In this document: piece after piece, positions 1 through 8,163 of the stretch
Layout: the number at the start of each line of letters is the position of its first letter
How positions within the stretch are numbered: the stretch's first letter is position 1
Source: a virus
Taxonomy: Duplodnaviria > Heunggongvirae > Uroviricota > Caudoviricetes
Direction: 5' to 3' (one strand)
DNA: 18,491 nt
IMG/VR virus record: IMGVR_UViG_3300032050_000069
Notes under the pieces: generated by a model
Database searches by the model: none
What the model saw: only the letters and a program-made list of their open reading frames with translations
What the model was told of the DNA's origin: nothing
Translations under genes and position numbers: made by a program

Positions 1-2
1 GT

Positions 3-365
3 ACATTTGCTAATTTTGTATGGAATGACTATGCAATATGTGAAGCTGATAAATTCTTCTATGATAAAGAAGGTAATTACAACTTTGATGGTAGTAAGAT
101 AAAGCAAGCACATCAATGGTGTAGAGAGCAAGTGGAAATTCGTATGAAAGATAACGAAGCAAAACCACAATACTATCCTGAAATTGTAGTATCAAATACA
201 TTTACACAAGAGTGGGAAATGGATGAATACTTTAAGTTAGCAGAAAAGTATGGGTATAAGGTATTCACTTTGATTATGGAAAATAGACATGGTGGAGTAA
301 ATCAGCACGGAGTTCCTACTGATAAGTTAGAACAAATGAAAAATCGATTTGAAGTAAAATTATAA
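3..365 (+). CDS. AAA_33 / N4BP2-like P-loop kinase (putative polynucleotide kinase), 5'-truncated by the window edge
   Basis: The frame stays open from position 3 (TFANFVWNDYAICEADKFFYDKEGNYNFDGSKIKQAHQWC...), so the gene starts before the track's GTG at 132. Family-typical segments: EADxFF, HxWC, VVSNTF, ENRHG, HGVP. The Walker A motif would lie just outside the window. Confidence 0.8.
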   Translation, partial: TFANFVWNDYAICEADKFFYDKEGNYNFDGSKIKQAHQWCREQVEIRMKDNEAKPQYYPEIVVSNTFTQEWEMDEYFKLAEKYGYKVFTLIMENRHGGVNQHGVPTDKLEQMKNRFEVKL

Positions 366-369
366 AGAT

Positions 370-1509
370 ATGGAAAATAATAATTCAGTTTGCTACATTG
401 CAGCAATCAATGAGATTAACCCAATCGAAGGAGCTGATAACATTGAATTAGCAGTAGTTGGTGGTTGGAATTGTATCACTAAAAAAGGTGAGCAAAAAAT
501 AGGAGACTTAGTAATGGTTGCTACAACCGATGCTATTGTTCCATTTGAATTATCTGAAAAGATGGGTGTTACTAACTACTTACGAAAAGGTGGTAGAGTT
601 AGAACCGTTAAATTAAGAGGTGTTTATTCAGAATGTTTAATCATTCCAATCCAACATATTCCTTTTATGGAAAATTACTATGAAGGTAAGGATATGATGA
701 AGGTAATGGATATTTACAAATATGAACCACCTGTAAAGATGGTACAATTAGCAGGGGGTAAGAAAATTCGTTATCAAGACAATCCAAACTTCCATGTCTA
801 TTACAAATTCCCTAATTTAAAGAATGTGCCTAATATGTTCACCGAAGAGGATACAGTTGAAATCACTCGTAAGATTCACGGAACTAATGCCCGTTATGGT
901 ATTGTTAAGAAAGCTAAATTAACTATTTGGGATAGATTAAAAATCTCATTGGCTAAAAAGGTTAAGCCGGAATGGAAATGGGCTGAATACGAATTCGTAG
1001 TGGGTTCTCATAACGTAGAGAAAGGCTCAGATTCTAATGGATTCTATGATACTAATGTTTGGTATGAAATCGAAAAGAAATATAACATCAAACAAAAGTT
1101 GTGGGATTATGTAAAATCATCCGATTATGATATAATTGGAGATGGTATTACCTTATACGGTGAGATTTATGGAGCCGGAATCCAAAAGGGATATGATTAT
1201 GGGTTGAAAGAAATTGAGTTCGTAGGATTCGATGTAAAGGAGGAAGGTGAGTATTTAGACCCAATTAATTCAAAATTATTAATCGAACATATTTTAGAAT
1301 TACCTTATGTTGAACAATTATACTATGGTAGATGGTCACAAGAAGTGCAAGATAAGTATGTATTCAATAATTACATCAAAGGTACTAAAGTGCCAGAGGA
1401 GGGTATTGTAATCAAACATCAATCTAAAGGTAGAGAGAAGATAGCAAAGGTAATCAACCCTGACTATTTAATTTTCGCTGAAAAACATAATGTAGGTGAT
1501 TCACATTAA
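370..1509 (+). CDS. ATP-dependent RNA ligase, DRB0094 (Rnl5) family
   Basis: N-terminal OB-like module (IEGADNIELAVVGGW) and nucleotidyltransferase motifs I (KIHGTN), III (LYGEIYG), IIIa (FVGFDV), IV (EEGIVIK) and V (KVINPDYL). Confidence 0.9.
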   Translation: MENNNSVCYIAAINEINPIEGADNIELAVVGGWNCITKKGEQKIGDLVMVATTDAIVPFELSEKMGVTNYLRKGGRVRTVKLRGVYSECLIIPIQHIPFMENYYEGKDMMKVMDIYKYEPPVKMVQLAGGKKIRYQDNPNFHVYYKFPNLKNVPNMFTEEDTVEITRKIHGTNARYGIVKKAKLTIWDRLKISLAKKVKPEWKWAEYEFVVGSHNVEKGSDSNGFYDTNVWYEIEKKYNIKQKLWDYVKSSDYDIIGDGITLYGEIYGAGIQKGYDYGLKEIEFVGFDVKEEGEYLDPINSKLLIEHILELPYVEQLYYGRWSQEVQDKYVFNNYIKGTKVPEEGIVIKHQSKGREKIAKVINPDYLIFAEKHNVGDSH

Positions 1510-1515
1510 AATAAA

Positions 1516-1547
1516 TTTGGAAAATTAAAATAATAGCGGTATATTTG
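1516..1547 (+). promoter_or_regulatory. Bacteroidota sigma-A-type promoter upstream of the DIP1984-like gene
   Basis: TTTG at 1516-1519, 20-nt spacer, TATATTTG at 1540-1547 (TAnnTTTG). Confidence 0.8.
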
Positions 1548-1567
1548 TAAAAATAAATTCATAAAAG

Positions 1568-1996
1568 ATGAACGTAAAACAGGCATTAAAACAAAAAAAC
1601 AAATTGGTTACCGAAATGAAGGTTGCTTATGGCATTCTTCAAAAGTTTAACTCAATCGAAGAAGGTAATCCTCGTAGATACTCTATGGCGAATACTTTGG
1701 AAAAAATCAAAACTCTACAAGCAGAGTTAGTAGAATTGAAAACCAAAATCCACAAAGCAAATCAACCGGTGTATGATAAAATCTTTGCATTGGCAGAATT
1801 GAAGGGGATGATTAAGGAGTTGAAGAAAGTTTCAACCGAAGAAGGTAAAGTAAATGAAAGATACGGAAGTATCATTTCAGTAAAAGAAGTAGAATTAAAT
1901 GTAACCGATATTGATTCAGCGGTTTCGATATTGGAAACTCAAATTGAGGGATTGCAAAATGAATTAGATGTGCATAATGCAACAACTCAAATCTAA
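1568..1996 (+). CDS. DIP1984 / DUF6847-like coiled-coil protein
   Basis: 142 aa, all-helical. N-terminal MNVKQAL, central LKTKIHKAN and C-terminal LQNELDVHNATTQI resemble the family pattern (MKLAEAL...RINRTN...IQxxNWxTxL). Recognised from memory. Confidence 0.65.
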   Translation: MNVKQALKQKNKLVTEMKVAYGILQKFNSIEEGNPRRYSMANTLEKIKTLQAELVELKTKIHKANQPVYDKIFALAELKGMIKELKKVSTEEGKVNERYGSIISVKEVELNVTDIDSAVSILETQIEGLQNELDVHNATTQI

Positions 1997-2001
1997 AAAT
2001 A

Positions 2002-2203
2002 TTGAGTGAGTGGGGAATAGAAACTAATTTACTAGTATATTCTTACAAAGCAACTATGATGCCAAATAGCGGATAAACGAATAAGATAATGAATACTTAA
2101 CAAACTTCAACTATATTAGGGTCTCTTGTCGGCGATTTCAAAACAATCAAAACTCTATGAACCTGGATATCCTCTAAATTGGAATCTTTCCTCACAAACT
2201 CAA
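2002..2203 (+). ncRNA. Candidate structured ncRNA or 3' cis-element downstream of the DIP1984-like gene
   Basis: The ends pair: TTGAGTgaGTGGGGAA (2002-2017) with TTCCTCACaaACTCAA (2188-2203), 14 of 16 pairs, extendable by AGA(2019-21)/TCT(2185-87). Two internal helices: 2034-2045/2082-2097 and 2113-2120/2162-2170. Confidence 0.55.
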
Positions 2204-2225
2204 CCTTTAAAACAAACAAATAATT

Positions 2226-2645
2226 ATGAAACATTTTTTAACATTCCTTTTTGTTGTATCTCTTTCCGCAACTACAAAGGCTCAAATGATTTCGATTACA
2301 GGTGGTAATCTTAATCTACATGGAAAGGATAAAGGGTTTATTGAAGTTGAGGCAATGCAACATATTACAAAGAATGTAGCAACTCACATTTCTTACACAA
2401 AAACTATTGGTGGGTATGATATCGCTATGGTCGGTGGAAGATATGGATTTAAACAAAACCGATTGGGAGTTATGTTATCAGCCTGTTATATGGTTAATCA
2501 CAAAACTATGGCTATGGTTGGAGTAGATGTAAAACCATTTAAACATAGTCCAGTTCTTTTAACTTATAACATATCTAGCGATAAAGAACTTAAAACATTT
2601 GGAGTTAAGTTTCCAATATTTGATAATCACAAAAAACATCATTAA
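2226..2645 (+). CDS. Secreted protein, probable small outer-membrane beta-barrel
   Basis: Sec signal MKHFLTFLFVVSLSATTKA followed by Gln; about 8 short segments with alternating hydrophobic residues; aromatic terminal strand TFGVKFPIF. Confidence 0.6.
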   Translation: MKHFLTFLFVVSLSATTKAQMISITGGNLNLHGKDKGFIEVEAMQHITKNVATHISYTKTIGGYDIAMVGGRYGFKQNRLGVMLSACYMVNHKTMAMVGVDVKPFKHSPVLLTYNISSDKELKTFGVKFPIFDNHKKHH

Positions 2646-2647
2646 TT

Positions 2648-2905
2648 ATGTTTTTAACTTATTATGTAATTTGTTTCATCTATTGTGTTATAATGTCAAT
2701 TCGTAAATGGAATAGAGATGTAAGAGCTGGTGGATTGGGTATATCACCTGGCTTAGATTCTATTGCATTGTTAATTATGTGTTGGATACTAGCTCCAATA
2801 GATATATTCTTAACTTGGATAAGGGTATATAAGGAGGCTGAAGAAGCTAGAAGAAACCAAACTACATTAGATACAAAAGATTGGAAGAAAGAAGAAATTC
2901 TTTAA
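2648..2905 (+). CDS. Small membrane protein, two predicted TM segments
   Basis: Hydrophobic stretches 1-17 and about 38-57, GISPGLD loop; sits 2 nt after the upstream stop. Confidence 0.7.
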   Translation: MFLTYYVICFIYCVIMSIRKWNRDVRAGGLGISPGLDSIALLIMCWILAPIDIFLTWIRVYKEAEEARRNQTTLDTKDWKKEEIL

Positions 2906-2910
2906 ATTTA

Positions 2911-2998
2911 GGAGAGATGGCAGAGTTGGTCTATCGCACTTGACTTGAAATCAAGAGAACGGGAAACTGTTCCGTGGGTTCGAATCCTACTCTCTCCG
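2911..2998 (+). tRNA. tRNA-Ser (anticodon UGA), CCA not encoded
   Basis: Acceptor GGAGAGA/TCTCTCC, discriminator G, anticodon arm CTTGA-CTTGAAA-TCAAG (TGA at 2946-2948), long variable arm, T-loop GGTTCGAATCC. Confidence 0.95.
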
Positions 2999-3003
2999 CA
3001 TAT

Positions 3004-3150
3004 TGTAGTGTGTTGAAATTGGCAGACAAGCCTTCCTGTCTCGGAGGTGAGGAGCATCTGATAAACGTAGAATAATGGGTTGACCACAATGCCGGCAATG
3101 TTCTATGGCTAAAGACCTCGTATGGTGTTCGAATCCCATCACTACAGCCA
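3004..3150 (+). tRNA. Atypical tRNA-Asp(GUC)-like RNA, 147 nt, with 74-nt variable region and encoded CCA
   Basis: Acceptor TGTAGTG/CACTACA + G + CCA; D-arm TTG-AAATTGGCAGA-CAA; anticodon arm CCTTC-CTGTCTC-GGAGG; T-arm ATGG(T)G-TTCGAAT-CCCAT; insertion at 3048-3121. Confidence 0.75.
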
Positions 3151-3165
3151 AATAAAAAGAGTGTT

Positions 3166-3720
3166 ATGACATATAAGATTGAAAAAACTAAAATCAAAGA
3201 TTGTCTAATCATTAAGCCTGATGTGTTTAAGGATGAGAGGGGGTATTTTTCTACACCATTCGTTAAGGAGGTTTTAGAAGAAGCAATTAAGATTACCACC
3301 GGACAAAGTATAGAGTTTGTACAAGATAATGAATCGTTTTCAACTCAAAAAGTGGTTAGGGGTATTCATTTTCAGCAAGGAGAATGGGCACAATCGAAAT
3401 TAGTAAGATGTTCTTATGGATTAGTGAGAGATGTAATTGTGGATTTGAGACATGATTCGGAAACCTATGGTAAGCATATTACAATAGATTTGAGTGATAA
3501 GAATGGTAGAATGGTATTTGTTCCGAAAGGATGTGGACATGGATTTTCAGTTTTATCAGCGGAAGCGGTTTTTAATTACAAAGTTGATAATTATTATAAC
3601 AAGGATTCGGAAGGTGGAATTGTTTACAACGACCCTACACTCAATATAGATTGGGGATTCGATAATCGATTGGCAAAGGTTTCCGATAAAGACAAAAAGC
3701 TACCAAACTTCAAATTATAA
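3166..3720 (+). CDS. rmlC: dTDP-4-dehydrorhamnose 3,5-epimerase
   Basis: DERGYF, VQDNESFS, RGIHFQ, QSKLVRC, DLRHDSETYG, VPKGCGHGF, YKVDNYY, NDPTLNIDW motifs. Confidence 0.95.
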   Translation: MTYKIEKTKIKDCLIIKPDVFKDERGYFSTPFVKEVLEEAIKITTGQSIEFVQDNESFSTQKVVRGIHFQQGEWAQSKLVRCSYGLVRDVIVDLRHDSETYGKHITIDLSDKNGRMVFVPKGCGHGFSVLSAEAVFNYKVDNYYNKDSEGGIVYNDPTLNIDWGFDNRLAKVSDKDKKLPNFKL

Positions 3721-4232
3721 TGGATTACAAAGAATACATTAGAGATGTAAGTGATTTTCCAAAAAAGGATATCATTTTCAAAGACATCACACCACTATTA
3801 GCATCACAAAAAGCATTTTCATCAGTAATAGATGACCTTTCAGTTTTGATAGATGATAAATTTGGAATCGTAAATATAGCAGGTATTGAAAGTAGGGGTT
3901 TTATATTCGGTTCAGCAATTGCAGCTTTGAATGGAGAAGGATTCATTCCCATTCGTAAAGAAGGTAAACTCCCGCCACCAAAAGTTGCAACATTCTCCAC
4001 CAAAGAATATGGAACTGAAATGCTAGAAGTAAAAGAATGTGAGGATAAATTCAATAAAGTAATTATTGTAGATGATGTGTTGGCAACAGGGGGTACATTA
4101 ATAGCAGCTGAAAAGTTATTAAATAATGCAGGATATAAAGTAATTGGGGCAGTTACCTTAATAGATTTAACTTACTTACATTCTGAAATCAAAATTGGTG
4201 GCAAGCTCGTATATAGTTTAATTCAATATTAA
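3720..4232 (+). CDS. apt: Adenine phosphoribosyltransferase
   Basis: DFPKKDIIFKDITPLL, GIESRGFIFG, IRKEGKLP, EYG, and the PRPP-binding motif IIVDDVLATGGT. Confidence 0.93.
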   Translation: MDYKEYIRDVSDFPKKDIIFKDITPLLASQKAFSSVIDDLSVLIDDKFGIVNIAGIESRGFIFGSAIAALNGEGFIPIRKEGKLPPPKVATFSTKEYGTEMLEVKECEDKFNKVIIVDDVLATGGTLIAAEKLLNNAGYKVIGAVTLIDLTYLHSEIKIGGKLVYSLIQY

Positions 4233-4233
4233 T

Positions 4234-4491
4234 ATGGCAGAATTTAGTAAACAATGGGCAGAAATTTATGATTCGGGATTTCCGTGGGATTTTGATATAG
4301 TAGCTGAAGCAGAAAGTATTCCGAGAGGTTATTATAAACCAATTATATGTGAAGGATTTGGATTCTCAGCAATTGAAGTTGGTTTAGATGGTAAAATCTA
4401 TTTACTATTTAATGATTTTGATGGGGGATTAGATAAAGTTCAATATGAATCATTTATACAAAATCAAAAGCTAAAATCAACTGGTATATAA
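4234..4491 (+). CDS. Hypothetical protein (85 aa)
   Basis: ATG ORF packed tightly between neighbours; contains ICEGFGF. Confidence 0.7.
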   Translation: MAEFSKQWAEIYDSGFPWDFDIVAEAESIPRGYYKPIICEGFGFSAIEVGLDGKIYLLFNDFDGGLDKVQYESFIQNQKLKSTGI

Positions 4492-4661
4492 TGGGCAAAT
4501 TTTATGAGGATTTGGATACTCTAAATGAGTTAGTAAAAAAATTAGATAAGAAGAGTAAGATAAGTGAATTCATCATTAGGGCATTAAGAAATATGAAAGA
4601 AGAACCAACTAAATCAGTATCAGATGTCATCAAAGAAACAAAAAAAGAATTCGGAAATTAA
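4491..4661 (+). CDS. Hypothetical protein (56 aa), missing from the ORF track
   Basis: TAATG stop/start overlap with the upstream gene; MGKFYEDLDTLNELVKKLDKKSKISEFIIRALRNMKEEPTKSVSDVIKETKKEFGN; fills the gap exactly. Confidence 0.65.
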   Translation: MGKFYEDLDTLNELVKKLDKKSKISEFIIRALRNMKEEPTKSVSDVIKETKKEFGN

Positions 4662-4848
4662 TGATGGCCATTATTTAGAGTTAATGGATAGAATTCATAT
4701 TGTAATGATGAATGTGCAAGACCATTTATTAGACCATCCTTTAACCATATACCATTCTGATATAGTGAAGAAATTAGAAAAGGCACAGCATAATCTATGG
4801 AAGGCCTATCAATTAGTCGGTGAAAAGGAATATGGAAAAACGAAGTAG
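4624..4848 (+). CDS. Hypothetical helical protein (74 aa)
   Basis: Protein-like amphipathic sequence (GHYLELMDRIH...DHPL); start uncertain because it overlaps the upstream ORF by 38 nt. Confidence 0.6.
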   Translation: MSSKKQKKNSEINDGHYLELMDRIHIVMMNVQDHLLDHPLTIYHSDIVKKLEKAQHNLWKAYQLVGEKEYGKTK

Positions 4849-5266
4849 AGAGGTTCAGATGGAGTTATTACTTCATCACTTTAAACATAATATAAAAACT
4901 GAAATACGCCATTCTCCTATTGATGGAATTGGTGTTTTTGCTATTAGAGATATATTAGCAGGAGAAGAAGTTTTTCCACAATGGGAACACCCAACGGGAC
5001 TTTACATAATAGAAAATAAAAGATTTAGAGAACTGCCGGAAGAGGTTCAATCCCAAATAGATAAACATTATATTAGTAGAGTAGATGGGTTTAAGATAGT
5101 TAGATTATTTAATGGACTGAATTTTTTCTACAATTCATTTTGTTTTTGTAATAGTGCATATCCTAACTTTGGTGATACAAACATTTCAAATGATGGAATC
5201 GCTTTAAGAGACATCAAAAAGGGTGAGGAGATACTAGAAGCATATACTGAAAATATTCCTTTGTAA
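4832..5266 (+). CDS. SET-domain protein (putative lysine methyltransferase)
   Basis: SPIDGIGVFAIRDILAGE (motif I) and ALRDIKKGEEILEAY (C-terminal motif). The NHS motif reads NSA. ATG 4832 preferred over GTG 4820; ATG 4859 is also possible. Confidence 0.8.
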   Translation: MEKRSREVQMELLLHHFKHNIKTEIRHSPIDGIGVFAIRDILAGEEVFPQWEHPTGLYIIENKRFRELPEEVQSQIDKHYISRVDGFKIVRLFNGLNFFYNSFCFCNSAYPNFGDTNISNDGIALRDIKKGEEILEAYTENIPL

Positions 5267-5292
5267 TTTCATATTTTTTTCGTATATTTGTA
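5260..5292 (+). promoter_or_regulatory. Bacteroidota sigma-A-type promoter upstream of groES
   Basis: TTTG at 5260-5263, 19-nt spacer, TATATTTG at 5283-5290; the 18-mer TTTTTTCGTATATTTGTA (5275-5292) recurs exactly at 7362 and 8720. Confidence 0.8.
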
Positions 5293-5310
5293 TTCACATT
5301 TCAAAACAGC

Positions 5311-5351
5311 TGACAATTTGTCAATAATATGTTGATGGTATGACAGTTGTA
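5311..5351 (+). promoter_or_regulatory. Candidate heat-shock operator (TGACA-N3-TGTCA) plus a sigma54-like -24/-12 element
   Basis: Perfect inverted repeat TGACAATTTGTCA at 5311-5323; TGGTATGACAGTTGTA at 5336-5351 keeps the spacing of TGGCACG-N4-TTGCW with 3 mismatches. Confidence 0.45.
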
Positions 5352-5383
5352 ATATAAAGTAAAACTAAAAAATAAAATAAATT

Positions 5384-5659
5384 ATGAGCGTAAATGTAAA
5401 ACCATTACACGACAGGGTTATTGTAAAACCTGAGGAAAAGGCGGAGAAAACCGCAGGAGGTATTATCATTCCCGATACCGCACAAGAAAAACCACAAAGG
5501 GGTGAAGTAGTTGCAATTGGTAATGGGAAAGTAGATGAACCATTAACCGTTAAAGTAGGTGATACAGTTCTATTCGGAAAATATGGTGGAACTGAAATTG
5601 AAATTGAAGGTGAGAAATACCTTCTATTAAAAGAATCCGATATTTTTGTAATCCTTTAA
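5384..5659 (+). CDS. groES: Co-chaperonin GroES
   Basis: KPLHDRVIV, mobile loop [43 protein letters not shown]. Confidence 0.98.
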   Translation: MSVNVKPLHDRVIVKPEEKAEKTAGGIIIPDTAQEKPQRGEVVAIGNGKVDEPLTVKVGDTVLFGKYGGTEIEIEGEKYLLLKESDIFVIL

Positions 5660-5665
5660 AATTAA

Positions 5666-7312
<1,647 letters not shown>

Positions 7313-7339
7313 ACCTTAAAAATAGGTAAAATAATAGGG

Positions 7340-7367
7340 AAAAGGCTTGGTAATTCAAGCCTTTTTT
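7340..7367 (+). terminator. Intrinsic terminator-like hairpin after groEL
   Basis: AAAAGGCTTG-gtaatt-CAAGCCTTTT, 10-bp perfect stem running into a T6 tract. Confidence 0.7.
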
Positions 7368-7379
7368 CGTATATTTGTA
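7345..7379 (+). promoter_or_regulatory. Bacteroidota sigma-A-type promoter embedded in the terminator hairpin
   Basis: TTG at 7347-7349, 20-nt spacer, TATATTTG at 7370-7377. Confidence 0.8.
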
Positions 7380-7397
7380 ATAACTAAAAATTATTAA

Positions 7398-7571
7398 ATG
7401 AAACCATATTTTGATTATTGGTATAAAAGAACCCTTAAAGATGGGTTAAAGGCCATAAGATTAGTAATAGGATTAGGATTAGCGGTATCGTTTGGATACT
7501 CGGTAAATCTACCCATTGGTATTATGGTGTTTGGGTATGTATTAGTTGATGCACTTATTGATAAAAATTAA
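7398..7571 (+). CDS. Small membrane protein (57 aa), missing from the ORF track
   Basis: MKPYFDYWYKRTLKDGLKAIRLVIGLGLAVSFGYSVNLPIGIMVFGYVLVDALIDKN; first ORF after the promoter, A-rich leader, two hydrophobic segments. Confidence 0.7.
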   Translation: MKPYFDYWYKRTLKDGLKAIRLVIGLGLAVSFGYSVNLPIGIMVFGYVLVDALIDKN

Positions 7572-7577
7572 ACAAAA

Positions 7578-7754
7578 ATGAAAAACTTTAAAACATCGGA
7601 GCTATTAATCTTAGCAATCTCAATCGTATTAATCTTCGTATCGGAGTATTACTACCTCATTGAAAATAATGTAAACAAAGCAATCTTTATTGGATTGTGG
7701 CCACCTACTATTATAGGCTTGTTAAATTATGTAACCAACAAAACAAAAAAGTAA
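7578..7754 (+). CDS. Small two-TM membrane protein (58 aa) with an IFIGLWPPT motif, missing from the ORF track
   Basis: MKNFKTSELLILAISIVLIFVSEYYYLIENNVNKAIFIGLWPPTIIGLLNYVTNKTKK; resembles the GxFVGLWxPT class of small membrane proteins. Confidence 0.75.
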   Translation: MKNFKTSELLILAISIVLIFVSEYYYLIENNVNKAIFIGLWPPTIIGLLNYVTNKTKK

Positions 7755-7755
7755 G

Positions 7756-8163
7756 ATGGAAAATTTAGATATATACATTCTAACATCTATTGTAGCAACC
7801 CTATTCATTGTATTTGGCGTTACAATGTATAGAGAGTTTAGCCGAATGGGTAGAGAGGGGTATAATCCAGACCCAAATGAAAAAAAATATGGTAGAGAAG
7901 CCCTATTCGTTTTGATGGCACGATTATTTGATGACCAGAAAGTTCCGAAGAAAGATAAGGAGGTTATTTATAAGGCAATGCATAGAACTATCGCTGATAT
8001 GGAAAGTGATGGTATATACTTTTCCGAAGATGCGAAAGAAGAACTTAAAAGACATAGAGATGAAGCATTTTGTGAATATAGTGGGCTACCGTCGGTAAAG
8101 GCCTATGATACAAATTATATAGTAAAAAATGAAAAACTTAATCGTAGTATCCCATCCCGATAA
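7756..8163 (+). CDS. Hypothetical protein with an N-terminal membrane anchor
   Basis: Hydrophobic residues about 7-23 followed by a soluble domain ending FCEYSGLPSV. Confidence 0.75.
   Translation: MENLDIYILTSIVATLFIVFGVTMYREFSRMGREGYNPDPNEKKYGREALFVLMARLFDDQKVPKKDKEVIYKAMHRTIADMESDGIYFSEDAKEELKRHRDEAFCEYSGLPSVKAYDTNYIVKNEKLNRSIPSR

Noticed and set aside
2-9. TACATTTG matches the TAnnTTTG promoter box
   Set aside because: Inside the kinase coding frame, and the -33 region is outside the window, so it cannot be assessed.
10-201. Minus-strand 63-aa ORF
   Set aside because: Antisense shadow of the kinase gene, which is open from position 3.
2126-2308. 60-aa plus-strand ORF
   Set aside because: TTG start, overlaps the structured element and the real gene at 2226, no protein-like features.
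2944-2950. TGA in the anticodon loop suggesting a selenocysteine or suppressor tRNA
   Set aside because: Anticodon UGA reads Ser UCA codons; a Sec or opal suppressor would need UCA. The structure is an ordinary tRNA-Ser.
3048-3121. Insert in the Asp-like tRNA as a group I or canonical anticodon-loop intron
   Set aside because: The anticodon arm is already complete, the insert lies in the variable loop, it is far too short for a group I intron, and no bulge-helix-bulge motif is evident.
2931-3299. 122-aa minus-strand ORF
   Set aside because: Antisense to both tRNA genes and rmlC.
5291-5383. CIRCE/HrcA operator upstream of groES
   Set aside because: No TTAGCACTC-N9-GAGTGCTAA match; a different palindrome is present instead.
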